A stretch of 64,000 bases of DNA, from contig CAXXSL010000020.1 of NCBI GenBank assembly GCA_963675525.2, forward strand, positions 64,001 to 128,000, written 5' to 3'. Under the pieces are notes generated by a model, which had not been told where the DNA came from, ran no database searches, and worked only from the letters and a program-made list of their open reading frames with translations. The position numbers were made by a program, and so were the translations under genes. The DNA comes from Anaerohalosphaeraceae bacterium (GTDB lineage: Bacteria > Planctomycetota > Phycisphaerae > Sedimentisphaerales > Anaerohalosphaeraceae). Position 1 is the stretch's first letter; the number at the start of each line of letters is the position of its first letter. Below are positions 10,278-21,277 of this stretch, one piece after another.

Positions 10278-11030
10278 TTATTTTTTTAATGGATACGCAT
10301 CCTGAAACGGCTTGACGCCGAATTTTGTATCTCCGGTTTCGTCTGGGTAAGCGGCTCCCAACTGCTTGATCCGCAGCCAAAGACGATACCCCTCGGTCCC
10401 CTCCCGCCTGGGGTTGTAATCAAATCCCGCCCGGGTTACCAACAAACTGTATTCACTGCGTTCAATGATCTCTGTCTCAATGCCTTTTTTGCCAAAAAAA
10501 GTCTTTATCGGGTCCAGTTTGTCTTTCTGGGTCGACGGAATCTGCTGAATCACAATGACATTTGCACCGGTCGATACGGCAGGTTTTGGCGGTTGAGCCG
10601 GAGTTTGGGAAACACTTTCCGTCTTTTTTCGACCCAAACTAAAGAATCCCGAATCGTCTTGCTTTTGTTGGGGAACAACCTTTTCCGGTTGTTCACGTTG
10701 TATTTCTGCCGGCGTTTGCTGACCGAACGACGATTCGACCGGTTGGGTTTCATCCGAACCTTTGAAGCCCCGGATAATCCAAACTCCAAGAAACATAATA
10801 ACAGCGATTGCCGCCGCAGAAAGCCCAATCCGCACTTTAGTCTGACTCGAAATCCCGCGAGATTTTTCTTTACTTATAAAAAGAGCTGACTTGTCCTGAA
10901 CCTGTGGCGGCTTCTTGCCGCTATTAAGTCCATTTGAACGCATTTGTCCTGTTTCAAGGCCCTCAGCAATCTTTGCCTGTCCCTGGCGAATTGCCTCATA
11001 TAATGCCATCCGTTTTGATTTCCGGGCCAT
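10278..11030 (-). CDS. Hypothetical single-pass membrane protein
   Basis: One TM (AAAIAVIMFLGVWII), Q/P-rich linker, C-terminal globular domain. Confidence 0.75.
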   Translation of the reverse strand: MARKSKRMALYEAIRQGQAKIAEGLETGQMRSNGLNSGKKPPQVQDKSALFISKEKSRGISSQTKVRIGLSAAAIAVIMFLGVWIIRGFKGSDETQPVESSFGQQTPAEIQREQPEKVVPQQKQDDSGFFSLGRKKTESVSQTPAQPPKPAVSTGANVIVIQQIPSTQKDKLDPIKTFFGKKGIETEIIERSEYSLLVTRAGFDYNPRREGTEGYRLWLRIKQLGAAYPDETGDTKFGVKPFQDAYPLKK

Positions 11031-11208
11031 AAGCCAAAAAAACCTCTCGGTTTATCGTACAATTTAATCTTTTATGCAGTCAGAAACCGTATAAAATCCG
11101 TTAATTCCCAAGAAATAGAACATGATAAAATAATCCAGAGAGGCTCTAAATGCAACTCTAAACTTGCTAAAAAACTATATTTTTCTACCCCTTTTCAGAT
11201 TTAATTTC

Positions 11209-11237
11209 TTGACTGATGCCGGTTTATCGGCTATATA
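11209..11237 (+). promoter_or_regulatory. Sigma70-type promoter of rpmF-fab operon
   Basis: TTGACT-17-TATATA. Confidence 0.55.
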
Positions 11238-11373
11238 AAGCCCCTCATCAAAATTTTTTGCTTTACGACAGGACCCCTGCCTGTTATACCATTCTGCATA
11301 TACGGTACAGGCAGTTTTTTATTTGGTTATTGTGTAAGAATCAGTACGGAAATTTATGGAGAGTTAGAACGAT

Positions 11374-11562
11374 ATGCTTCCAGTAAAGAAGACCAGTAAA
11401 TCCAGGACTCGCACACGGCGCAGTCACCACCGGTTGAGCCCGGTGAATTATTCACTGTGTAAAAAATGCAGTGCCGCTAAACTTCCGCATGCGGCGTGCG
11501 GGCAGTGTGGTTATGTTAATGAACAGATTTCTTTGAATCTTGCAGAGAAGGCTGAAGACTAA
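11374..11562 (+). CDS. rpmF: 50S ribosomal protein L32
   Basis: PVKKTSKSR..RRSH, CxxC..PHxxCxxCG zinc ribbon; upstream of plsX. Confidence 0.95.
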   Translation: MLPVKKTSKSRTRTRRSHHRLSPVNYSLCKKCSAAKLPHAACGQCGYVNEQISLNLAEKAED

Positions 11563-11564
11563 CA

Positions 11565-12581
11565 ATGCGTATCGCAGTTGACGCTATGGGAGGCGACAAC
11601 GCACCCGGTGAGATTATTGCCGGTGTGCTGGAGGCCAAGGATGCCCTCAACGATGATGAAGATGAGTTAGTGCTCATTGGCGATGAAACCATCATTCGGT
11701 CGCAGTTGCAAAGCAAAGGTGCCTCACCGGACACTTTTCGTATATTTCATGCGCCGGAACTAATCAGCATGGACGAATCCCCTGTGGAAGCCATCCGCCG
11801 CAAGCCTAAAAGCTCTATCGCAATCATGGCTCGTTCCGCATCCCATCGCCAGGTTGACGCGGTGCTTTCAGCCGGAAACACCGGCGCCTGTGTCGCTGCT
11901 TGCCAACTTCGGATGAGAACCCTTGAAGGAGTGATGCGTCCCGGCATTGCTGTTGTTTTTCCAACCTTCTACGGCCCTGTAACCATTTGCGACGTGGGTG
12001 CGAATATTGCCTGCAGGCCTATCAATCTTTATCAATATGCTGTGATGAGCAGTATTTATGCACAGGAAATGCTCGGGATATCCAATCCGCGTATCGGGTT
12101 GATGAATATCGGCGAAGAAGACGCAAAAGGCAATGAACTGGTCAAAAAAACACGTGAGTTTCTTAAATCCGATCCCAAATTGAATTTTATCGGAAATCTT
12201 GAAGGCCGGGATATATTTGAGGGTAAATGTGATGTTGTTATTTGCGAAGGATTCCTCGGAAACGTCGTCTTGAAGCTCACTGAAGGACTTGTCGATATGA
12301 TCTTTGCCGCCCTGGCCAATGAAGTCAAAGGCCGGAACAAGTTGATGGCGTTATGGTTCAAATCTGTTGCCAAAGAGATCTTCAAGAAGTATGATTATCA
12401 TGAATACGGCGGTGCTTTGCTGCTTGGCGTCAACGGCGTATCGGTCATTTGCCACGGTTCCAGTAAATCCCGCACGATTAAAAATGCGATCCTTGCGTGC
12501 AAGAAATTTGCCGCAAAGGGTATCAATGAGAAAATAGTTGAACGTTTAACTCAAGCAACGGTGATATCGAATGGTCAATAA
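11565..12581 (+). CDS. plsX: Phosphate acyltransferase PlsX
   Basis: [37 protein letters not shown]. Confidence 0.96.
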   Translation: MRIAVDAMGGDNAPGEIIAGVLEAKDALNDDEDELVLIGDETIIRSQLQSKGASPDTFRIFHAPELISMDESPVEAIRRKPKSSIAIMARSASHRQVDAVLSAGNTGACVAACQLRMRTLEGVMRPGIAVVFPTFYGPVTICDVGANIACRPINLYQYAVMSSIYAQEMLGISNPRIGLMNIGEEDAKGNELVKKTREFLKSDPKLNFIGNLEGRDIFEGKCDVVICEGFLGNVVLKLTEGLVDMIFAALANEVKGRNKLMALWFKSVAKEIFKKYDYHEYGGALLLGVNGVSVICHGSSKSRTIKNAILACKKFAAKGINEKIVERLTQATVISNGQ

Positions 12582-13586
12582 TCCAACGGTCCAAACGCCC
12601 AAACGCCGCGCTATCCTGGCGGGTACGGGGTCTTTTGTACCAGAGAAAATTCTGACAAACGATGACTTAACGAAAATTGTTGACACCAACGACGAGTGGA
12701 TCACGACTCGTACGGGCATTAAAACCCGCCATGTAGTTTCGGCGAAGGCGAGACGACGGCCACGCTGGCTGCCGAAGCTGCTCGCAGAGCGTTAAACGAT
12801 GCGGGGATGCAGGCTGACGAGTTGGACCTGATCATCCTGGGTACCATTACGCCCGAGATGGTGTTTCCGTCAACGGCCTGTTTTGTACAGGACATGATCG
12901 GCGCCAAAAATGCCTGGGCTTTCGACCTGTCCGCCGCCTGCAGCGGTTTTGTCTATGGGCTGTCCATCGCTCAGCAGTTTGTCAGTTCCGGCCTGCACAA
13001 AAACGCATTGGTTATCGGCGCCGAAACCTTAACGCGAATTACCAATTATAAGGATCGCGGCAGTTGCATTCTGTTCGGTGACGGCGCGGGAGCCGTGATT
13101 CTCAAGTCAGCCAATGAAGGCCCACAGGGTGTGATCTACAGCACGTCGTTTTCGGACGGCAGCGGCTGGACATCTTTGAACTGCCCTGCTTACGGCTCAC
13201 GAAATCCTGTCGGCCACCCGCTGGCGGACCCGTCCCTGACGTATATGTATATTGACGGACGGGCTGTTTATCAAACCGCTGTTCGCCGAATCGTCGAACT
13301 GGTCAACGAATGCCTTGAAAAATGCGATCTTAATGTCGAAGATATCGCCATGTTCATTCCGCATCAAATGAATGCCCGGATTATCGAATCGGTCGGCAAA
13401 CGCCTCAAGTTTACCGATGATCGTATTTTTATTAATATTGACAAATATGGGAATACCTCAGCGGCATCCATTCCCATCGCACTGGATGAATGCAGGCACC
13501 TCGGTAAACTCAAGCCCGGCGACATTATTCTTCTGGTTGCGTTTGGCGGCGGGCTGACATGGGGAGCCAATGTTATCCAGGTATAA
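12571..13586 (+). pseudogene. fabH: Beta-ketoacyl-ACP synthase III, frameshifted near 12736-12741 (possibly a sequencing error)
   Basis: N-part ([13 protein letters not shown]) and C-part (AACSGF, PHQMN, GNTSAAS, FGGGLTWG) lie in different frames; the second frame reads [18 protein letters not shown] from ~12741. Confidence 0.88.
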
Positions 13587-13622
13587 AAAAGGACATTATT
13601 GTTTTTTTGTGAAACAGGGACG

Positions 13623-14547
13623 ATGAAAACTGCATTCTTATTTCCGGGACAAGGTGCTCAATCTGTCGGCATGGGTGCTGATATTGCAGCAGGCTATCCC
13701 CAGACCCAGGCACTGTTCGAAAAAGCCAACGCAATTGTCGGCTATGACCTACGGCAATTCTGCATGGAAGGTCCGGCTGACAGGCTGAATGCCACCGCGG
13801 TATCACAACCGGCGATTTTTGTCGTTTCTGTCGCCCTGCTTGAGTTGTTCAAGGCATCGGGGGATACGGGCGGATGTGACCGCCGGCTTAAGTATGGGTG
13901 AATATACGGCGTTATATGCCGCGGGGTTGATTTCGTTTGAGGACGGGCTGAGGCTTGTGCAAAAACGCGGCGAAGCTATGCAGGCCGCTGCAGACGCATC
14001 TGAAGGCTCGATGGTCAGCATCATGGGGCTGGATGAAGTGACGGTTATTGCGTTATGTGAGGAAGCCTCGCAGGGTGAACTTCTCGTTGCGGTGAATTTC
14101 AATTGTCCGGGACAAATCGTTATCAGCGGTGCCGTCGGGGCCTGTAAGCGTGCGGTCGAATTGGCGCCGAAATATGATGCCATCAAGGCAATTCCGCTCA
14201 GCGTAGCGGGAGCCTTTCATTCAGATCTGATGCAGCCGGCGGCAGAAGAACTTGGCAGAGCGCTGACCGACTGTCCGATCCAGGACCCGGATTCGATTAA
14301 GATCATTGCAAATATTGATGCAACCTATTATACATCCGCAGATGCGATCCGGCATGGATTGGTTAAACAGTTGATCCAGCCAATACTGTGGCAGTCTTGC
14401 ATGGAAAAGCTACTGGCCGATGGTGTCGAAAATTTTTATGAGATCGGCCCCGGGCGTGTACTGACCGGGTTAATGAAACGCATCGATCGCAAGACAAAAG
14501 TGACCAATATCAGCAGTGCCGAATCACTGCATGGTTTTTCCAAATAA
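13623..14547 (+). pseudogene. fabD: Malonyl-CoA:ACP transacylase, +1 frameshift at G5 run 13859-13863 (possibly a sequencing error)
   Basis: FPGQGAQ in one frame; GLSMGEY, NCPGQ, GAFHS, EIGPG in another; removing one G fuses them. Confidence 0.88.
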
Positions 14548-14600
14548 ACCAATCGAAGATTCTTAAAATAAGTTATAGATGCACGGAAGGAATTAAAGAT

Positions 14601-15338
14601 ATGTCAGAAAAACGATTAGCTGTTGTCACAGGAGCTGCTCGCGGAATCGGGCGCGCCATCGTATTGGAACTGCTCAGGCAGGGTCGCGTTGTTGCGGGGC
14701 TGGACCTGAATGCAGAGCAATTAGCTGAACTGGAGAAAGTTGTTTCGGAAGCAGGCTACAGTGTCATCACAAAATGTGTGGATATCACCCAGACGGATAA
14801 ATTGACACAGACCCTTGATGAACTGGCCGAAGCACATGGCGGTATCAGCATCCTGGTGAATAATGCAGGCATCACACGCGACCGCCTGATGATCCAGATG
14901 GATGACGATGATTTTGATAAAGTCATTGCTGTGAATCTTCGTGCGGCGTTTGTCGCAACGCGGATTGCGGCACGGTCCATGATTCGCAATAAATTCGGAC
15001 GTCTGATTCACATCAGTTCGGTTGCCGGTGTCATGGGCCAGGCCGGTTCAACTAATTACGCAGCCAGCAAAGCGGCTTTGATCGGCATGTCAAAATCGAT
15101 CGCCCGCGAAGTCGGCAAAAAGAACGTAACGTCCAATTGCATCGCCCCCGGGTTCATTATGACCGACATGACGAATGTGCTGCCTGATATTGTCAAGGAA
15201 GAGGCTAAAAAGGTCATCCCTGTCAAAAAATTCGGTAAACCTGAAGATATCGCCAAAGCCGTGGCCTTTTTGGCCTCCGATGATTCCGGCTATATTACCG
15301 GACAGGTGCTCTGCGTGGACGGCGGCATGGCAATGTAA
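14601..15338 (+). CDS. fabG: 3-oxoacyl-ACP reductase
   Basis: TGAARGIG, NNAGITRD, YAASK; operon context. Confidence 0.95.
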   Translation: MSEKRLAVVTGAARGIGRAIVLELLRQGRVVAGLDLNAEQLAELEKVVSEAGYSVITKCVDITQTDKLTQTLDELAEAHGGISILVNNAGITRDRLMIQMDDDDFDKVIAVNLRAAFVATRIAARSMIRNKFGRLIHISSVAGVMGQAGSTNYAASKAALIGMSKSIAREVGKKNVTSNCIAPGFIMTDMTNVLPDIVKEEAKKVIPVKKFGKPEDIAKAVAFLASDDSGYITGQVLCVDGGMAM

Positions 15339-15357
15339 GAAAATTGTTAAAAAATGA

Positions 15358-15386
15358 TTGAAAACCCTTGGGTCTGTCGGTATATT
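15358..15386 (+). promoter_or_regulatory. Internal sigma70-type promoter for acpP-fabF
   Basis: TTGAAA-17-TATATT. Confidence 0.5.
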
Positions 15387-15457
15387 ACCGCCGAACTCAA
15401 AAACGTGCTTAAAAGGACTGAAATTCAATAACTCTATTGATTTAAGGAGATTGAAAC

Positions 15458-15721
15458 GTGGCAGATGTGGATGTTCAAGCCATTGAGGCAAAAGTAGTGG
15501 AAATCGTCAGTGAACAGATGGGTGTTGACAAGGGTGAAATTACCCGTGAAACATCTTTTATTAACGATTTAAATGCAGATTCTCTGGATACCGTTGAACT
15601 GGTCATGGAATTCGAAGATGAATTCGACATGAGCATTCCGGATGAAGAAGCGGAAAAGATCCAGACCGTCGGTGCGGCGATTGATTACATCGCTGAAATC
15701 ATGAAAAACAAAGAAGACTAA
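15458..15721 (+). CDS. acpP: Acyl carrier protein
   Basis: [25 protein letters not shown] start. Confidence 0.97.
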   Translation: MADVDVQAIEAKVVEIVSEQMGVDKGEITRETSFINDLNADSLDTVELVMEFEDEFDMSIPDEEAEKIQTVGAAIDYIAEIMKNKED

Positions 15722-15730
15722 GCAGGCTTA

Positions 15731-16981
15731 ATGATTATGACGGAACGTCGCGTTGTCATTACAGGACTGGGATGCGTTACTGCGCTTGCAGAGTCCGCGG
15801 AAGAACTCTTTGAAGCCCTTTGCGCCGGGAAAAGCGGAATATCGAAAATCGATTCTTTCGATACCACGGAGTACCCGGTAAAGTTCGGCGGCGAAGCGAA
15901 GAATTTTGATATTGGCCGCTACATTAGCTCCCGTGACGCCAAACGGATGGATCGTTTTACCCAGATGTCGCTGGCATCTTCCATTCAGGCCGTCGATGAC
16001 AGCGGCCTTGATTTCGAAAAGGAAGACAAGCAGCGTGTCGGCGTTATCGTGGGCACCGGCATCGGCGGCATCAAAGAAATCGAAGAGCAGCATCTTCGCA
16101 TCATCAACAAAGGTCCTCGCAAGGTCTCGCCCTTCTGCGTACCGAAGTTAATGGGCAACGCCGCGTGCGGCTGTATCTCCATTCAGTATGGGCTTAAGGG
16201 ACCGAACATGTGCATTGTGACCGCCTGTGCTTCGGCCAGTCACGCCATCGGCGAGGCCTACTGGAATGTTCTCAGCGGACGGAGTGATATTTGCATCAGC
16301 GGCGGTTCAGAAGCGGCTTTGACCCCCATTGGACTGGCCTCGTTCTGTGCGCTGAAGTCGCTGAGCACCCGCAATGATGATCCTCAGCGTGCATCACGTC
16401 CTTTTGATAAAGACCGTGACGGTTTTGTGTTATCGGAAGGCGCCGGGGCTCTGATTCTGGAAGAATACGAACACGCCAAAAAACGGGGTGCGAAGATTTA
16501 TGCCGAAGTGTTGGGGTATGGCGCGACCGGAGACGGTTTCCATATTACCGCTCCCCTGCCGGACGGAGACGGAGCTGCCGAAGGCATGAAACTTGCCCTC
16601 CAGCAGGCAAAACTGAACCCGGAACAGGTGGATTATATCAATGCCCATGGAACCAGCACACAGCTAAATGATGCCGCCGAGTGCATTGCCATCAAAACGA
16701 TTTTTGGCGAACATGCCTACAAACTGGCCATCAATTCATCCAAGAGCTGTCTGGGGCATTCCCTGGGAGCCAGCGGTGCAATTGAATTGATCGTTTGTGC
16801 CAAAAGCATCGAAAAAGGAACTGTTCATCCGACGGCGAATCTTCAGGAAGTCGCCGAGGATTGTGACCCGAAAATGGATTTTGTCCCCGGTCCGGCACGT
16901 CCGATGGGTATTAAAGTGGCATTGAGTAATTCGCTCGGTTTTGGCGGACATAACTGCAGCCTGATTATCGGCAAAATCTAA
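15731..16981 (+). CDS. fabF: Beta-ketoacyl-ACP synthase II
   Basis: RRVVITGLG, TACAS, NAHGTST, GHSLGA, SNSLGFGG. Confidence 0.96.
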   Translation: MIMTERRVVITGLGCVTALAESAEELFEALCAGKSGISKIDSFDTTEYPVKFGGEAKNFDIGRYISSRDAKRMDRFTQMSLASSIQAVDDSGLDFEKEDKQRVGVIVGTGIGGIKEIEEQHLRIINKGPRKVSPFCVPKLMGNAACGCISIQYGLKGPNMCIVTACASASHAIGEAYWNVLSGRSDICISGGSEAALTPIGLASFCALKSLSTRNDDPQRASRPFDKDRDGFVLSEGAGALILEEYEHAKKRGAKIYAEVLGYGATGDGFHITAPLPDGDGAAEGMKLALQQAKLNPEQVDYINAHGTSTQLNDAAECIAIKTIFGEHAYKLAINSSKSCLGHSLGASGAIELIVCAKSIEKGTVHPTANLQEVAEDCDPKMDFVPGPARPMGIKVALSNSLGFGGHNCSLIIGKI

Positions 16982-17007
16982 CGCGTTTTACCTCAAAAAA
17001 TCTATCT

Positions 17008-17042
17008 ACCCCGGCCCTTTCATAAAGTCGGGGTTGTTTTTT
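17008..17042 (+). terminator. Probable terminator after fabF
   Basis: ACCCCGGC...GTCGGGGT followed by TGTTTTTT. Confidence 0.6.
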
Positions 17043-17060
17043 GGACTTTTTTAAAGTAGA

Positions 17061-18050
17061 TTGAAAACTATGAACCTGTTTTGGGCAATTATCCTTTTAA
17101 CGGTGGGACTGGCCATCCTGATCAAAGGCGCCGATTGGCTTGTTGACGGTGCGGTGGCCATTGCCCAACATTTCGGCATGAGTCCCCTGATCATTGGTCT
17201 GACCATCGTGGCAATGGGCACCTCGGCACCGGAAGTAGCCGCCAGCGTTGGTTTTGCACTCTCTAATGCCGCCGACGCCGCGGTTGGTAATGTTTACGGA
17301 TCCAATGTTGCGAATCTCGCCCTTGTCGGCGGGTTGTGTGCGCTGATTCGCCCTATTACCGTCACAAAAGCGGCTTTGGTGAGAGATATCCCAATCATGC
17401 TGGTTGTTTCAGGCTTAATTTATGGCATTTTTTACGACTTGGGCGTGACTCGTTTGGAAGGGTTGGCGATGCTGGTTCTTTTTGGTGGTCTTATTTCCTA
17501 CATGATCCATTCGGAACGAATACAGGCCCTCAAAAATAAACTGATCGTGAAAGAGGCCCAAGCCATCATCGAACAAGTGGTTCCCCATCCTCCGAAAACA
17601 CTATGGGTCAGCTCTCTGCTAATTTTAATCGGTTTGATATGCCTGTCGGTCGGCGCAAAACTGACGGTCAAGGGCGCCACGGTTCTGGGCCAGTATGCCG
17701 GTTTGTCGGATGCAGTTATCGGCTCGACAATTATTGCTGTCGGTACATCGCTTCCTGAGTTGATCACCTGCCTGGTTGCCTCCTTTAGAGGGCATGACGA
17801 CTTGTCTATCGGAAATCTCGTGGGATCGAATATTTTTAACATGCTTCTGGTAATCGGTGCGGCCGGTGTTGTCCGTCCGCTATCTATTAGCGCTCGTATG
17901 GCAGGGATTGACTATGGATTGATGCTCGGAATCGCCATTCTCTTCTCTACGGTTGCCTTCATCTTTAAGAAGGTTAATCGCCCTGCGGGAATACTCTTAC
18001 TGCTTTCGTATGCCTGTTACCTGAGCTATCTATTTTTCATCAATCGCTGA
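17061..18050 (+). CDS. Calcium/sodium antiporter (CaCA, YrbG-like)
   Basis: Two alpha repeats GTSAPE / GTSLPE, GNxxGSN; ~10 TMs; start may be ATG 17070. Confidence 0.92.
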   Translation: MKTMNLFWAIILLTVGLAILIKGADWLVDGAVAIAQHFGMSPLIIGLTIVAMGTSAPEVAASVGFALSNAADAAVGNVYGSNVANLALVGGLCALIRPITVTKAALVRDIPIMLVVSGLIYGIFYDLGVTRLEGLAMLVLFGGLISYMIHSERIQALKNKLIVKEAQAIIEQVVPHPPKTLWVSSLLILIGLICLSVGAKLTVKGATVLGQYAGLSDAVIGSTIIAVGTSLPELITCLVASFRGHDDLSIGNLVGSNIFNMLLVIGAAGVVRPLSISARMAGIDYGLMLGIAILFSTVAFIFKKVNRPAGILLLLSYACYLSYLFFINR

Positions 18051-18152
18051 CTTTAACATGTCAACGGCAAGGGTGGGAATGGCATCCACGGGGATATATT
18101 TCAATCATCTATAAAACAACCTTGCAAGTATTTACTTACAAGGCCGTTGAAA

Positions 18153-18225
<73 letters not shown>

Positions 18226-18399
18226 GTATGTATTTGAAAGGGCTTAGATAACCATTTTTGAATAATTTTTCAAGTAAAAAACAACCTTTTTTCAAAAAAC
18301 CGCATTTGGAAACAATCCTTGACAGTTTAGCGGCTGTCGAGTAAAAGATTTTGGATGGGCTGGATAAGACATGACCGGTAAATCAAACAAAGGTTTTGA

Positions 18400-19542
18400 A
18401 TGGAAGCAACGAAGGAAAGCAGGACGTTGGCCGGATGCACCGTGGTCAGCCATTCACCGCAGGAAATGCGAGTCGAACTTTCCGGCGATTTGACGGGCTC
18501 GACTCTGGCCGGTGTCTGGAAGCGTTCGATTATCCACCGTCACCGTCCCAAACCGCAGAAATTAACCATTGACGGAAAGAATATCTTATCCTGTGACGGA
18601 GCGGGAGTCAGTTTTATCAGCTATCTCATCTATGAGGCCCAACGAACTAATGTCTCCGTTGAGGTTGTTGATCTCCGTGAAGATATCCAAAAACTCCTCA
18701 ACCGATTTACCCAGGCAAAACATGACGAGCCGTTATCGCCGGCAAAATCCCTGATGCCGATCGAGGCTATCGGAAAACTGACACTGAATCTATGTAACGA
18801 TATTTACGAGCAGATTGCCTTTTTCGCACGCGTTCTGGTTACGGGACTGACCCTGTTGCTGACGCCGTGGAAATTTCGATGGAACGATTTTTTCGGTGCG
18901 GCTGATAATGCTGGAGTGCGGGCACTGGGTATCGTCTCGCTGCTGGGTTTTTTGTTTGGTTTGATCATGTCGTTCAGTTCCGCCATGCCCCTGCGGCAAT
19001 TCGGCGTTGAAGTTTACGTTTCGGACCTTGTCGCTTATGCAATGGTCCGTGTACTGGGGCCGATTCTCACAGCGATCATTGTAGCCGGCCGGACCGGATC
19101 GGCCTACGCCGCCGAACTGGGGACCATGAAGATCAATCATGAGATCGATGCGCTGGAGGTAATGAATTTTGACCCCACGGCGTTTTTGGTGCTGCCGAGA
19201 GTTCTGGCGACCACCCTGATGACTCCGTTTCTGACGATTGCGGCGATCATCTGGGGGCTGGTCGGTTCGGCCATCGTTATTCTTTCGCTGGGCTATCCAG
19301 TTATCACGTACACATCTCATATCCAGTCGATTTTGACGGTTCCGGATGTTCTCGTCGGCCTGATGAAAGCAGTTGTGTATGGAGGTATGATTGGGACTGT
19401 CGGTTGTTTACGCGGCCTGCAAACAAAAATTGGTGCCGGGGCCGTCGGTCTATCGACAACAAGGGCGGTTGTAACGGCAATTATTTTACTGGTTTTGTTT
19501 GAAGGCGTTTTTTCTGTACTTCTGTATTTTATGGATATTTAA
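18400..19542 (+). CDS. MlaE-family ABC permease with N-terminal STAS-like domain
   Basis: AGRTGSAYAAELGTMKINHEIDAL, LVLPRV, AVGLSTTRAVV. Confidence 0.92.
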   Translation: MEATKESRTLAGCTVVSHSPQEMRVELSGDLTGSTLAGVWKRSIIHRHRPKPQKLTIDGKNILSCDGAGVSFISYLIYEAQRTNVSVEVVDLREDIQKLLNRFTQAKHDEPLSPAKSLMPIEAIGKLTLNLCNDIYEQIAFFARVLVTGLTLLLTPWKFRWNDFFGAADNAGVRALGIVSLLGFLFGLIMSFSSAMPLRQFGVEVYVSDLVAYAMVRVLGPILTAIIVAGRTGSAYAAELGTMKINHEIDALEVMNFDPTAFLVLPRVLATTLMTPFLTIAAIIWGLVGSAIVILSLGYPVITYTSHIQSILTVPDVLVGLMKAVVYGGMIGTVGCLRGLQTKIGAGAVGLSTTRAVVTAIILLVLFEGVFSVLLYFMDI

Positions 19543-19548
19543 AAACTC

Positions 19549-20310
19549 GTGAGCAAAGCGATCATCAAAGTCAACGATTTGACCGTCGGTTACGAAGACG
19601 TTACCGTCCTGGAAAATATTTCGTTCAAGGTCAATACCGGAGAAATATTCATTATTCTTGGCGGCTCCGGCTGCGGGAAAAGCACTCTGTTGAACCACAT
19701 GATCGGCTTGTATGAACCAAAAACCGGAAGTATCCTTATTCACGGTAAAGATCTTGTCGCTGCCGACACACAACAACGACGGGAAATTCTCTCGTCCTTT
19801 GGTGTGGCTTTTCAGGGAGGTGCTCTGCTGGGCTCCATGACCGTGCTGGAAAACGTGATGCTGCCGCTGCAAGAGCATACGGGCATGCCCGAAAAAGCCG
19901 TTCAGTGGATCGCCGGCCAAAAACTGCGTTTGGTCGGGCTGGGCGGTTACGAATCGCATATGCCTTCCCAGTTGAGCGGCGGTATGCAGAAACGCGCCGC
20001 ACTTGCGCGGGCGATGGCGCTGGATCCGGATATTCTTTTCCTGGACGAACCTTCGGCCGGTCTGGACCCGGTTACGGCAGCCCATCTGGATGAGCTTATT
20101 CTGGAGTTGTCCGATATTCTCGGGATTACTTTTGTCATTGTAACCCACGAACTGCAGAGTATTTTCAGTCTGGCCGGAAGGGCTATTATGCTGGAAAAAG
20201 AGAGCAAGGGTATTATTGCCGAAGGCCGTCCGGCCGACATGAAAGAAGACCGTTCAAATCCGGCGGTTTGGCGATTTTTCAATCGAATGGCGGTAACCGA
20301 TACGGTATAA
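19549..20310 (+). CDS. MlaF/Mkl-type ABC ATPase
   Basis: GGSGCGKST, LSGGMQKR, LDEPSAGLDP, VTHEL. Confidence 0.94.
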   Translation: MSKAIIKVNDLTVGYEDVTVLENISFKVNTGEIFIILGGSGCGKSTLLNHMIGLYEPKTGSILIHGKDLVAADTQQRREILSSFGVAFQGGALLGSMTVLENVMLPLQEHTGMPEKAVQWIAGQKLRLVGLGGYESHMPSQLSGGMQKRAALARAMALDPDILFLDEPSAGLDPVTAAHLDELILELSDILGITFVIVTHELQSIFSLAGRAIMLEKESKGIIAEGRPADMKEDRSNPAVWRFFNRMAVTDTV

Positions 20311-20329
20311 TCTCAACCGAGGAAAATAG

Positions 20330-21277
20330 ATGAAAAACAACGCAACTTATTTCAAAATAGGGCTTTTTGTGCTCGCCGGCTGTGCGATATTTATTGCCGG
20401 ACTCCTGTATATTAGCGCCGACACGATTCGGGGTGATATGATTCTGGTGGAAACCTATGTGGACGAATCGGTTTTAGGCCTTAGTGTGGGATCGCCCGTG
20501 ATGCATCGCGGTGTAACAATCGGCCAGGTTCAGAAAATTACATTCGCCCCGCTTGAATATCCGATGGATGTTGACAGCCCGGAATTCAAGGCCTACAGCC
20601 GTTATGTCGTGGTCATCATGGCAATCGATCTCAGGAAATTTCCCGGACTTAAAAATGATCCTGTCTTTATTGAAACAATGATTCGCAACCAGATCAAGGG
20701 AGGATTGCGATTCAAGCTGAGCTATCAGGGAATCACAGGGATTTCATTTATGGAAGCTGACTACATGGATCCGGTCCGCAATCTCCCGCTGCCGGTACCC
20801 TGGCAGCCGAAAAATCTTTATATTCCTTCGGCTCCCAGCCTGATAACCAGCTTCACACAGGCCCTGGACAACGTCTTTCGACGGCTCGAGAAAGTCGACA
20901 TCGAATCGGCACTGGCCAAAATGGAGACAACGCTTACAGCGATGGACCAAGCTATTCAGGATGCTAAGATCGGCGAAGTACGCGAATCGTTCATCGCATT
21001 GACGGATGAGATTCGAGAATCGAACAGAAAACTTCAGCCGTTTCTGATCAAAACCGAAACCCTGCCCGAAGATTTCAATACCGCGATCGAACAATTTACC
21101 GTAACGATGCGAAAAATGGAGGGGTTACTGTCGCAATCTGAACCGGACATCGAAACGGTTCTGGGTAACCTCAAAACACTGTCTCGTAATCTTAAATATC
21201 TGTCGGAATCGTTGAAAAATGATCCTGCTCAACTGATTCTCTCCAGTCCCCCTAAACGTTCGGAGGTTGTCGAATGA
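20330..21277 (+). CDS. MCE (MlaD) domain protein with helical tail
   Basis: N-terminal TM, GLSVGSPVMHRGV.IG.V, GITG. Confidence 0.92.
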   Translation: MKNNATYFKIGLFVLAGCAIFIAGLLYISADTIRGDMILVETYVDESVLGLSVGSPVMHRGVTIGQVQKITFAPLEYPMDVDSPEFKAYSRYVVVIMAIDLRKFPGLKNDPVFIETMIRNQIKGGLRFKLSYQGITGISFMEADYMDPVRNLPLPVPWQPKNLYIPSAPSLITSFTQALDNVFRRLEKVDIESALAKMETTLTAMDQAIQDAKIGEVRESFIALTDEIRESNRKLQPFLIKTETLPEDFNTAIEQFTVTMRKMEGLLSQSEPDIETVLGNLKTLSRNLKYLSESLKNDPAQLILSSPPKRSEVVE

